From Bacteroidales bacterium (GTDB lineage Bacteria; Bacteroidota; Bacteroidia; Bacteroidales; FEN-979), in contig JBBRTX010000018.1 of the NCBI GenBank assembly GCA_038244085.1, positions 6,621 to 70,620 on the forward strand: a stretch of 64,000 nt of DNA. The letters are read 5' to 3'. How positions within the stretch are numbered: the first letter of the stretch is position 1; the number at the start of each line of letters is the position of its first letter. The notes under the pieces are model-generated. The model did not search any database, was not told where the DNA came from, and was given only the letters and a program-made list of their open reading frames with translations. A program made the position numbers and the translations under genes. Below, one piece after another: positions 1-8,289 of this stretch.

Positions 1-271
1 CCACTCTGAGACCGGATTTCACCAGTTTGGGAAGGTAGGTATCAAGGGCGTGATGAGGAAATCCGGCCAGTTCGATATAGGAAGCTGACCCATTGGCTCG
101 TCGTGTAAGGACGATCCCCAGGATACCCGCCGTTTTTATCGCATCTTCCCCGAACGTCTCATAAAAATCCCCTACCCTGAATAGTAATAATGCATCAGGA
201 TATTTCACCTTAATGGCATTATACTGCTTCATCAGCGGTGTCTCGGCAATTTCACTGTTCTTTGCGGCCAA
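1..271 (-). CDS. mutS: DNA mismatch repair protein MutS, N-terminal fragment (gene continues beyond window start)
   Basis: Not in the ORF track because it is open at the edge. My reverse-strand translation is (L/M)[89 protein letters not shown], the MutS mismatch-binding domain I (PLMxQY, GDFYE, GFP). An in-frame TAA at 281-283 limits the start to TTG 269-271 or ATG 230-232. Confidence 0.85.
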   Translation of the reverse strand, partial: MAAKNSEIAETPLMKQYNAIKVKYPDALLLFRVGDFYETFGEDAIKTAGILGIVLTRRANGSASYIELAGFPHHALDTYLPKLVKSGLRV

Positions 272-304
272 GGTCTTGTTTTAGGAAAATTTATAATATT
301 ATTG

Positions 305-312
305 CAAATGTA
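305..312 (-). promoter_or_regulatory. Candidate Bacteroidete -7 promoter box (TACATTTG) for mutS
   Basis: Plus strand reads caaatgta, i.e. TAnnTTTG on the minus strand, 34 nt upstream of the TTG start at 271. Confidence 0.4.
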
Positions 313-326
313 AATTTTTTCCGCCA

Positions 327-863
327 ATGAGAAAACTGACTATGGATGAATTAAAGCGGATTTCGGTTGAAGATTTTAAATCTTCCGTAAAGATCCCGAT
401 AGTGATCATTCTGGATAACATCCGGAGCCAGAACAACACAGGATCTGTGTTTCGCACAGCTGATGCATTTCGGCTGGAAGCCATCTTTCTGTGCGGGATC
501 ACGGCCACACCGCCACATCGTGAAATTCATAAAACTGCGCTGGGTGCAACTGAATCGGTATCCTGGACTTATTATGCCGATACTACGGCTGCCATCCGGG
601 TGCTGAAAGCCAAAAAATACAAAATTTTCGCGATCGAGCAAACCGACCGAAGCATTCCCCTGAACCAATTTGTTCCCGATAAGGAAGAAGGGATAGCACT
701 TGTGTTTGGAAATGAAGTGAATGGCGTGGATGACAAGATAATGGATTATTGTGATGCCTCCGTTGAAATCCCTCAATTCGGAACAAAACATTCGCTCAAC
801 ATTTCTGTAGCTGCCGGGATCGTGATCTGGGATATTGTTGCGAAGCTGAAGATTTTTACCTGA
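327..863 (+). CDS. SpoU/TrmH-family RNA 2'-O-methyltransferase
   Basis: 178-aa ORF with SpoU-type motifs NIRSQNNTGSVFRTADAF, LVFGNEVNGV and IPQFGTKHSLNISVAAGIVIWD. Confidence 0.85.
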   Translation: MRKLTMDELKRISVEDFKSSVKIPIVIILDNIRSQNNTGSVFRTADAFRLEAIFLCGITATPPHREIHKTALGATESVSWTYYADTTAAIRVLKAKKYKIFAIEQTDRSIPLNQFVPDKEEGIALVFGNEVNGVDDKIMDYCDASVEIPQFGTKHSLNISVAAGIVIWDIVAKLKIFT

Positions 864-1079
864 AAAACGAAACCCCGACCCGATTATGCCGTATAATTTA
901 CATATTACTGTATTTTTTATTGCCTATTTATAGAAATCTTTTATAATTTTACATCTTCTTTAGGGTATGTTTTTTGTACTCATTTGATTATCAGGGATTT
1001 ATTAGTATATTTAGACTTATTAACCGAAAAAAAGTGAAAAATTGCTTTTAGAATAGCTTGAATTTAGTGTACAATTTAA

Positions 1080-1087
1080 TATATTTG
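1080..1087 (+). promoter_or_regulatory. Candidate -7 promoter box (TATATTTG) for the 864-aa outer-membrane protein gene
   Basis: Exact TAnnTTTG match in a 270-nt AT-rich spacer, 47 nt upstream of ATG 1134. Confidence 0.5.
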
Positions 1088-1133
1088 TAGAAATCAGTAA
1101 GCAAATCGAAAATTATAATTTAAATTTTTAAGT

Positions 1134-3728
1134 ATGAAAAACCTTTATCAAAACTTATCGAAAGTGATCATCCTGTTTCTTGTGATGATTGTGCCGATGG
1201 TTAATTATGCTCAGACGACGATCGTGGAGAAGAAGGCCGACGATGCAAAAACTGAGAAAGCCGCGGCTCGCATGAACACAGCACCTACCCATACCTATTG
1301 GTCTGTTACCTTATTTGGAGGCGCAAACCAATTCAACGGAGACCTTTCAAAAAATTTATTCTTAAACGACAAGTGGAAATTTGGTGCAGGTGCAATGGTA
1401 ACGCGACAGTTTACCCGTGTGATCGGTACAAGGTTCAAATTCGGATGGGCTCCCCTGACCTCTACTGTCAAAGGGAAATTTGTCCCGGGAGCAAACCCTG
1501 ATCCAACCACAGGTCTGGCAGGTGATTATGTCAATCAGAGTTTCACATCATATGTGCTGGAAGGCGATGTGCATGCCACGATTAATTTTGTAAACTGGAT
1601 TGCAGGTTATAAACCGGAAAGATTCTTCTCTTCCTACCTTATTTTAGGAGTCGGTTTGGATCATACCCAAGGTTCCAGGACGAATGACCTTGATTTGACG
1701 ACGTTAGGATACCTTGGTTATCCTACGCACAAGGGTCCTGACAATTTAGGTTATGGAAACAACAGTGGCATCGGAAACTGGAATCTTGAACTTAAAGCAA
1801 CTGCAGGTATTGGTTTTGACTTCAACCTCAACCAGCACTGGTCGATCAACCCGGAAATTCTCTGGAGATGGAGAGATGGAGATGTTCTCGATCTTACCCC
1901 AGGCGGTGTAATGGAAGTTAAAAACGACATGTATAGCGGCATTAACCTCGGCCTCACTTATAAATTTGCTTACGGTGGTTGCAGCATCAAACAAATGGAA
2001 AAAGATTATGCCCTGGTAAAATTTGAAACTACCCCGGCAGTGCTTGTTGAGAAAGGTGATTCAGTGTTGGTTACCGTAAAAGGAACTTTCCCTCCAAAAT
2101 ATTTCTGCCCGAAAGCTGTCATGATTTTCGAACCGGTTCTGAAATATGAAGGTGGTACTTATACCCTGAAACCGATCACCCTGAAGGGAGAAAAAATTGC
2201 TGGCGACGGAATCATGATTCCTTACAAGGAAGGTGGCTCTTTCACTTATTCCATGGTTTTCCCTTACAAACCTGAAATGGCTGTTTCCGAACTGGTTGTT
2301 GCCCCGCTCATCTATGACGCGAAGGACAAAATCATTCCCAGCAAAGACGAAATTAAAGTTAAAGCAAAATATGCAATCCTTCCTGAGCGGAGCCTGGCTC
2401 CCGGTATCATTCATACCCCAACCCGCATTGCGTTGGATATGATCCCTGCCATTGCCGAACATGGTTATCAGAAAGAAGTGATTACAACCAAAGCTGCTAC
2501 TTTATTCTTCCGCATCAACCTTTTCAAATGGGAACCCAAATTTGGCCTCAATAAAACACAAGAAGCACAGGATGCTTTGGCCCAGTTGAATCTGTTTGTG
2601 AACCAGGGCTGGAAGATCAAGAATGTCACCATCGACGGCTGGGCATCACCCGACGGAGAAGAGACATTCAATGTTGGTCTTTCCGAAAACCGTGCTAAAA
2701 CCGGTAACGCTTACATGATGGATCAGTTCAGAAACTTCGTGAAAGAAGCTCAGAAAGCAAACAAGAACAAAAAAGAAGTAAAAGCTAAGCTTGATTCGGC
2801 CGGCATGGAAGTAACCTTCGTCGTTCAGAGTCACGGACCGGATTGGAATGGTTTCCTCAACACGATTAAGACCAGCGATGTTAAAGATAAAGACAAGATC
2901 ATGAACGTGATCAACTCTGCTGGTGATAACCTGAAGAAGGAACAGGAAATCCGCAACATGATTGTGATCTATCCTGAAATCGAAGAGAAAATGCTTCCTC
3001 CTTTAAGGAGAGCTGAAATCACTGCTAACCTCTATGAACCGAGAAGAACCGATGAGCAGCTTTCAAAACTGGCCATCTCAAATCCGGATTCATTAAAGGT
3101 AGAAGAACTGCTTTATGCAGCTACTCTTACCACAAACAACGATACCAAACTCACCATTTACGAAAATGCTGCAAGAATCTATCCTGAAAACTGGAAAGCG
3201 CATAACAATGCAGCCAATGCCAATCTCGTAAAAGGAAACCTTGATGCCGCAGCCACTCATCTTCAGAAAGCTGCCACACTGGCTCCGAACAACGGAATCG
3301 TTGAAAATAACCTCGGTGTTCTTTATGCTAAACAAAGAGATTATGTAAAAGCAGAAGACCACTTCAAGAAAGCACAAAAACTTGGCGAGAACGAAAATTA
3401 CAACATTGGTGTCCTGATGATCCCGAAAGGCGATTATGCAAAAGCCAATTCAATGCTTGCCAATTCAAAATGCACCTATAATCTTGGTCTTGCCCAGTTA
3501 GTTTCCGGCGACAACGCTGCAGCACAAACAACGCTGACGTGTGCACCGCAAACCCCGGAAACCGCTTATCTGCTCGCAGTAATCGGTGCCCGCACCAATA
3601 ATACCAAGATGCTGTATGATAACCTGGTGAAAGCTGTGGCTGATCCGAAACTGAAGGACGAAGCCAAGAAAGACAGGGAATTCTACTACTACGCCAATAC
3701 ACAGGATTTCAAGAACATTGTTCAGTAA
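1134..3728 (+). CDS. Large outer-membrane protein: N-terminal beta-barrel-like region, OmpA-C-like segment and C-terminal TPR repeats (function unknown)
   Basis: 864-aa ORF. Signal peptide MKNLYQNLSKVIILFLVMIVPMVNYAQ. Gly/aromatic-rich strand-like N-terminal third ending ...GINLGLTYKF. OmpA-like signature VTIDGWASPDGEETFNVGLSENRAKTG. TPR-like repeats (AATLAPNNGIVENNLGVLYAKQRDYVKAEDHFKKAQKLG). Followed by a strong terminator. Confidence 0.7.
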   Translation: MKNLYQNLSKVIILFLVMIVPMVNYAQTTIVEKKADDAKTEKAAARMNTAPTHTYWSVTLFGGANQFNGDLSKNLFLNDKWKFGAGAMVTRQFTRVIGTRFKFGWAPLTSTVKGKFVPGANPDPTTGLAGDYVNQSFTSYVLEGDVHATINFVNWIAGYKPERFFSSYLILGVGLDHTQGSRTNDLDLTTLGYLGYPTHKGPDNLGYGNNSGIGNWNLELKATAGIGFDFNLNQHWSINPEILWRWRDGDVLDLTPGGVMEVKNDMYSGINLGLTYKFAYGGCSIKQMEKDYALVKFETTPAVLVEKGDSVLVTVKGTFPPKYFCPKAVMIFEPVLKYEGGTYTLKPITLKGEKIAGDGIMIPYKEGGSFTYSMVFPYKPEMAVSELVVAPLIYDAKDKIIPSKDEIKVKAKYAILPERSLAPGIIHTPTRIALDMIPAIAEHGYQKEVITTKAATLFFRINLFKWEPKFGLNKTQEAQDALAQLNLFVNQGWKIKNVTIDGWASPDGEETFNVGLSENRAKTGNAYMMDQFRNFVKEAQKANKNKKEVKAKLDSAGMEVTFVVQSHGPDWNGFLNTIKTSDVKDKDKIMNVINSAGDNLKKEQEIRNMIVIYPEIEEKMLPPLRRAEITANLYEPRRTDEQLSKLAISNPDSLKVEELLYAATLTTNNDTKLTIYENAARIYPENWKAHNNAANANLVKGNLDAAATHLQKAATLAPNNGIVENNLGVLYAKQRDYVKAEDHFKKAQKLGENENYNIGVLMIPKGDYAKANSMLANSKCTYNLGLAQLVSGDNAAAQTTLTCAPQTPETAYLLAVIGARTNNTKMLYDNLVKAVADPKLKDEAKKDREFYYYANTQDFKNIVQ

Positions 3729-3743
3729 TTGAGAACCTGACAT

Positions 3744-3781
3744 AAAAAAAAGACCGTCCCAAAAGGGCGGTCTTTTTTTTT
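3744..3781. terminator. Bidirectional rho-independent terminator
   Basis: The sequence is aaaaaaaAGACCGTCCCaaaaGGGCGGTCTttttttttt. It forms a 9-bp stem (one G-U) with an A-run on the 5' side and a T-run on the 3' side, 16 nt after the stop at 3728. Confidence 0.85.
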
Positions 3782-3865
3782 GTTTCCATGGTCAGTAAGT
3801 TTTCGCGCTCAGGGCGTCATTCACAGGTCAAATGTGAAGTGTACATTGCGAAGTCGGTAATATGC

Positions 3866-3933
3866 CACGTAAGGCGAAACACGTAAAACGTAACGCGTTA
3901 GGCATTCTCAGTCAAATAACCATTAACCATTAC
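3866..3933. repeat. Intergenic repeat family, copy A (ACGTAA cluster + AACCATTA tandem units)
   Basis: The sequence is cACGTAAggcgaaacACGTAAaACGTAAcgcgttaggcattctcagtcaaatAACCATTAACCATTAc. It shares ordered blocks with 28523-28611 and contains the perfect 10-bp palindrome TAACGCGTTA. Confidence 0.65.
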
Positions 3934-3935
3934 TC

Positions 3936-4574
3936 TTAAAGGACCAGTCGCGTTACCCCGAGTTTAAATTCCATTGCAATAATTTCAACGATCTTGCGGT
4001 AATCCTCCTCCCGGTTTACAAAGTCCAGCTTGTTTGTATCCACAATCACGATCCGCATTTGGGTCTGTTGCCTGAGAAAGTCGAGGTAACCTGTTTGAAT
4101 CTTCTCCAGGTATTCAAAATCAATCTGTTGCTCGTATGAACGCCCTCTTTGTGTGATATTTTTCTTCAACTGGTCAATGGTCAGGTAGAGATAGATCAAC
4201 AGGTCAGGCCGGGGTAAAGTGGCTTCAATGATCTTAAAGAGCTTTCCATAAAGTGCAAACTCATCCCCTTCCAGGTTTTTTCCGGCAAAAATGAAGGATT
4301 TATGAATAAAATAATCGGCAATGGTAAACGATCGGAATAAATCCTGCAGGGAGAGCTGATCCTTCAGTTGCTGAAACCTGGAGGCCAGGAAACTCAATTC
4401 CAGCGGAAAGGCATACTTCGCAGGGTTCTCATAGAATTTGGGAAGAAATGCATTATCCTCGAATTGTTCGAGGATCAGTTTTGCATTAAACTCCTCAGAA
4501 ATCCTCGTTGCCAGGGAAGTCTTCCCTGCTCCTATATTTCCTTCAATGGCAATAAAATTATAAGGAAAATCCAT
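3936..4574 (-). CDS. Deoxynucleoside kinase
   Basis: 212-aa ORF with P-loop IAIEGNIGAGKTSLA and the N-terminal pattern ...KLILEQFEDNAFLPKFYENPAKYAFPLELSFLASR typical of the dNK/dCK/dGK family. Confidence 0.85.
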   Translation of the reverse strand: MDFPYNFIAIEGNIGAGKTSLATRISEEFNAKLILEQFEDNAFLPKFYENPAKYAFPLELSFLASRFQQLKDQLSLQDLFRSFTIADYFIHKSFIFAGKNLEGDEFALYGKLFKIIEATLPRPDLLIYLYLTIDQLKKNITQRGRSYEQQIDFEYLEKIQTGYLDFLRQQTQMRIVIVDTNKLDFVNREEDYRKIVEIIAMEFKLGVTRLVL

Positions 4575-4594
4575 CAGATTAAAAGGTGAGGATG

Positions 4595-4602
4595 CAAAGA
4601 TA
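4595..4602 (-). promoter_or_regulatory. Candidate -7 promoter box (TATCTTTG) for the deoxynucleoside kinase gene
   Basis: Plus strand reads caaagata, i.e. TAnnTTTG on the minus strand, 21 nt upstream of ATG 4574. Confidence 0.5.
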
Positions 4603-4640
4603 AAATTTCTTTGACAGGGAACAATGGCAAACGAAAAGTA

Positions 4641-5177
4641 TCAGGAAGAGTAGAGACTGGCTTTCCCCTGATCTTCGCAATCCTTCAACAGTTCGCTCAT
4701 GGTCTTCCGGAGGAGAGGATGCATAAAATCCGGGGCAATTTCCTCCATCGGGATAAGTGTAAAACGGCGTAAATGCATTCTCGGATGAGGAATGGTCAGA
4801 TCATCCGTATGGGAAATAAGATCATCATAAAAAAGAATATCTATATCGATGATCCGGGAATCATAACCCTCTTTCACCCGTTTTCTGCCCATCACCCGTT
4901 CGATTTCCAGGATTACATGAAGCAGCTCCTCGGGCATAAGATCCGTCTGAACAAGGATTACCCGGTTCAGAAAGGAATTCTGTGTTTCGAAACCCCAGGG
5001 TTCCGTTTCATATACCGAAGACCAGCTGATGATTTTTCCGGCCTTTTCTGAAAGCAGCAAAATGGCTTCCTCAAGGAATTTTTCGCGATCCCCGAGGTTG
5101 CTTCCCAGCAGCAGATATGTGTAACCTTTTTTCAATCCTGCGTATTCAGAATACAAAGGTAACCGTTCATCCTTCAA
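4641..5177 (-). CDS. folK: 2-amino-4-hydroxy-6-hydroxymethyldihydropteridine diphosphokinase (HPPK)
   Basis: 178-aa ORF with LLLGSNLGD, SSVYETEPWG, IIDIDILFYDD and TIPHPRMHLRRFTLIPMEEIAP, the canonical HPPK motifs. Confidence 0.9.
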   Translation of the reverse strand: MKDERLPLYSEYAGLKKGYTYLLLGSNLGDREKFLEEAILLLSEKAGKIISWSSVYETEPWGFETQNSFLNRVILVQTDLMPEELLHVILEIERVMGRKRVKEGYDSRIIDIDILFYDDLISHTDDLTIPHPRMHLRRFTLIPMEEIAPDFMHPLLRKTMSELLKDCEDQGKASLYSS

Positions 5178-5209
5178 AAAAATCCGAAAAAGGGGTTCAT
5201 CTTATTATA

Positions 5210-5217
5210 TATCTTTG
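5210..5217 (+). promoter_or_regulatory. Candidate -7 promoter box (TATCTTTG) for sppA
   Basis: Exact TAnnTTTG match. It overlaps the ORF-track TTG start at 5215, so ATG 5254 is the more likely real start. Confidence 0.5.
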
Positions 5218-5253
5218 TACAAATATAAAATCAAACAATTTATTTCTGAAAAC

Positions 5254-7068
5254 ATGGAAAAGCAATATTATTCAGGGCCTGAGTACAACTCATCCTACCA
5301 TCGCATGAGAAGATTTTTTACTTACATGGCAGCCTCTATGGTTGGTTTTATTCTTACCATTTTTTTATTCTCCTTTCTGGTTTTCGGAATCATTGCCATG
5401 ATTGTGGCTGCAGCCACCAGTGATGAATCAGGCATTGCCGATAAAAGTGTTCTCCATATAAAACTGGAAAAGGCCATCCTGGACCGGAGCCCAAAAAATC
5501 CGATTTTCATTGATCTTTCTTCTATGCAAAAGCGGGTAGGATTGACGGACATTCTGAATGACATCAAAAAGGCGTCAACGGATGACAAGATAAAAGGAAT
5601 ATTCCTTGATTTGAATGAGATTGATGCCGGGATTTCCACAATAACGGAAATCCGGAACGCATTGACTGAATTCAAGAAATCCGGGAAATTCATCGTCAGT
5701 TACAGTGAGAATTATTCCCAGTCGGCCTATTACCTGGCCTCGGTGGCTGACACGGTTTATCTTCACCCGCAAGGGTTTATTCTTTTTAAAGGACTCAACG
5801 CGGAACTTACCTTCCTGAAAGGCACTTTCCAAAAGTTGGATATCGATATGCAGATCATCCGCCATGGCAAATTCAAAGCTGCGACGGAACCGTTATTCCT
5901 TGACAAGATGAGCCCTGAAAACAAAGAACAGATCACTGCACTGATCGGCAATACCTGGGCAAGTATCATCCAGGCCATTTCCGTCTCCAGGAAAATTGAG
6001 CCCGAAAAACTGAATAAACTGGCCGATAGCCTGAAGGGGCAGGAACCGGAGGATGCCCTTGCCGCCGGATTGATTGATCGAATTGCTTTCCGTGACCAGG
6101 TAATCAGTTCTATGAAATCGAGACTGAAGGTTTCGGAGAAGAAGGAAATCAGTTACGTGACTATCGAAAAATACACCAACGTGAAGGAAACGAAAATGCA
6201 GATACCAGGCTCTGACGGTAAGATTGCGGTCATTTATGCAACCGGTAGTATCGGAAGCGGTGACGGGGATGACCAGACGATCGGGTCTGAAGGTCTCAGC
6301 AAGGCCATTCGTAAGGCACGGATAGATGACCAGGTAAAAGCCATCGTTTTCAGAATTAACTCCCCGGGTGGAAGTGCCCTGGCTTCGGATGTGATCTGGC
6401 GTGAGGTGAAACTGGCCATCAAAGAAAAGCCGGTGATTGCTTCTTTGGGTGATGTGGCGGCTTCCGGCGGATATTATATTGCCTGCCCGGCTACCCGAAT
6501 CATTGCTGAACCTACCACCATTACCGGCTCGATCGGTGTTTTTGCCGTGATTCCAAACATGCAGGGACTATTCAATAATAAACTTGGGATTACTTTCGAT
6601 GGCGTCAAAACAAATTCAAATTCGGATTATATCTCTGTTACAAAACCGCTTTCCCCTTACCAGAAAATGGTGCTGCAGCGCGAGATTGAAAGTATCTATA
6701 CCGCATTCACCACGAAGGTAGCCGAAGGAAGGCACATGACCCGTGAGCAGGTTGACAGTATCGGTCAGGGACGAGTCTGGTCAGCAGTGGATGCCAAAAG
6801 AATAGGACTTGTTGATGAATTTGGCGGATTGGAAAAAGCCATATCCATAGCAGCGAAATTGGCTAAAATCACCAATTACCGGATCATCTCCCTTCCTGAA
6901 CAGAAAGACCCATTCGAGGTGTTGATGGATAATTTCTTCGGAACAAATACCGCAGCTGCCATTGAACGGGAACTTGGAGAAGATTACAAGATCTATCAAT
7001 ACCTGAAAGAGGTGCGTTCGATGAAAGGTGTACAGGCCAGAATGCCTTTTGAAATAAGGATGAATTAG
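5254..7068 (+). CDS. sppA: Signal peptide peptidase SppA, 67K type
   Basis: N-terminal TM segment followed by two S49 peptidase domains (second one ...GDVAASGGYYIACPA...). Length ~600 aa. Start moved from 5215 to ATG 5254 because 5215 lies inside the -7 box. Confidence 0.88.
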   Translation: MEKQYYSGPEYNSSYHRMRRFFTYMAASMVGFILTIFLFSFLVFGIIAMIVAAATSDESGIADKSVLHIKLEKAILDRSPKNPIFIDLSSMQKRVGLTDILNDIKKASTDDKIKGIFLDLNEIDAGISTITEIRNALTEFKKSGKFIVSYSENYSQSAYYLASVADTVYLHPQGFILFKGLNAELTFLKGTFQKLDIDMQIIRHGKFKAATEPLFLDKMSPENKEQITALIGNTWASIIQAISVSRKIEPEKLNKLADSLKGQEPEDALAAGLIDRIAFRDQVISSMKSRLKVSEKKEISYVTIEKYTNVKETKMQIPGSDGKIAVIYATGSIGSGDGDDQTIGSEGLSKAIRKARIDDQVKAIVFRINSPGGSALASDVIWREVKLAIKEKPVIASLGDVAASGGYYIACPATRIIAEPTTITGSIGVFAVIPNMQGLFNNKLGITFDGVKTNSNSDYISVTKPLSPYQKMVLQREIESIYTAFTTKVAEGRHMTREQVDSIGQGRVWSAVDAKRIGLVDEFGGLEKAISIAAKLAKITNYRIISLPEQKDPFEVLMDNFFGTNTAAAIERELGEDYKIYQYLKEVRSMKGVQARMPFEIRMN

Positions 7069-7073
7069 CGTTT

Positions 7074-8087
7074 CTACCTGACCTGGTATTTCTTGAAGAT
7101 CTCTTCGGATTTCATCAGGATATCCACGTACTGGGCACGTTTGTAGACAAAGGGATCTTTCATGGTCTTCTTTGAAAGTTTCCCGCGGAACTGATCAATG
7201 GAATCATACTTCTTTTCTTCCATCCAGGTCTCGATCTCTTTCAGAATGGTAGTGATCTGTCCAAATCCGTGCTTGTAGAGCGTGCTGACCACCTGAACCG
7301 CATCAGTACCGGCAAGCAGCATCTTAATCACGTCTTTTCCATCAAAAATACCCGTGTTGGCGCATACTGACCCGCGGACTTCACCATAAAGCAGCCCTAC
7401 GTATCGGAGCGGCAATCGTGCGTCTTCCTCATGACTCAGAAGATAGGGGAAATGATGAACCTCTTTTTCAATGTCAATATCAGGCTGGAATAATTTGTTG
7501 AAAAGCACAAAGCCGTCGACTCCTTCAAAGTACATCATCTGGATGACGTTCAAAACATTGGTGTAGAAAGGGCTCAGTTTTACACTTACCGGGATCTTCA
7601 CACTCTTTTTCACATGGTTGACTATATCCAGTTGTTCATTGATGATGCTTTTCTCTTCCTTTTTAAAATCACCGGGGATGGCATAAAAATTAAGTTCCAG
7701 GGCATTGACACCCGTTTGTTCAATTCGTTGGGCATAATCGATCCAGGTATCCTCGAAAGTACAGTTCAGGCTGGCGATAACCGGAATATGCACGGCATCG
7801 ACCGTTTTACGAAGATTCATCAGGTGTTCAGTGGGTCCGGCATGCTCAATATCCGGAAAAAGGCTGATCATTTCCGCATGACGTTCATTGTACTGGTTCA
7901 GTTCTTCGGATAACTGAAGTCGTTCCAGTTCAATCTGTTCTTCGAACAGGGTTTTATAAACAATAGCAGCGGCACCGGCTTCTTCGATCTTTTTAATGTT
8001 ATCGATGTCTTTAACAAAATTGCTTGCTCCGACGATTACAGGATTTTTCAGATTTAATCCCATGTATTTGGTTGAAAGGTTCACCAT
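7074..8087 (-). CDS. Dihydroorotate dehydrogenase-like TIM-barrel flavoprotein (non-canonical, function unknown)
   Basis: 337-aa ORF. The N-terminus YMGLNLKNPVIVGASNF and the KLSPF and ANTGI segments resemble class 1 DHOD/DPD-B. Where DHODs have N-L-S-C-P-N, this protein has ELNFYAIPGD. Confidence 0.75.
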   Translation of the reverse strand: MVNLSTKYMGLNLKNPVIVGASNFVKDIDNIKKIEEAGAAAIVYKTLFEEQIELERLQLSEELNQYNERHAEMISLFPDIEHAGPTEHLMNLRKTVDAVHIPVIASLNCTFEDTWIDYAQRIEQTGVNALELNFYAIPGDFKKEEKSIINEQLDIVNHVKKSVKIPVSVKLSPFYTNVLNVIQMMYFEGVDGFVLFNKLFQPDIDIEKEVHHFPYLLSHEEDARLPLRYVGLLYGEVRGSVCANTGIFDGKDVIKMLLAGTDAVQVVSTLYKHGFGQITTILKEIETWMEEKKYDSIDQFRGKLSKKTMKDPFVYKRAQYVDILMKSEEIFKKYQVR

Positions 8088-8167
8088 GGCTGTTTGTATT
8101 TAGGTTCTGAGTATAAAATTTTGCATTTTTTCCAATACCTCCTTGATTTACCCAAGGATCATCTGTA

Positions 8168-8175
8168 CAAATATA
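8168..8175 (-). promoter_or_regulatory. Candidate -7 promoter box (TATATTTG) for the DHOD-like gene
   Basis: Plus strand reads caaatata, i.e. TAnnTTTG on the minus strand, 81 nt upstream of ATG 8087 and downstream of the nifJ terminator. Confidence 0.5.
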
Positions 8176-8202
8176 ATTTTAAATCAAACAAACAGCAGCC
8201 TC

Positions 8203-8263
8203 AAAAAAAATCGCCGTCTGTTTATTTTCTTAAAAACTGTTAAGAAAACCAACGGACGGCGAT
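8203..8263 (-). terminator. Rho-independent terminator of nifJ
   Basis: The minus strand reads ATCGCCGTCcgttggttTTCTTAAcagtttTTAAGAAaataaacaGACGGCGATtttttttt. There is an outer 9-bp stem, an inner 7-bp stem and a T8 tail, 27 nt after the nifJ stop. Confidence 0.8.
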
Positions 8264-8289
8264 GATCCTGCGATAATCAGGAATCCTTT

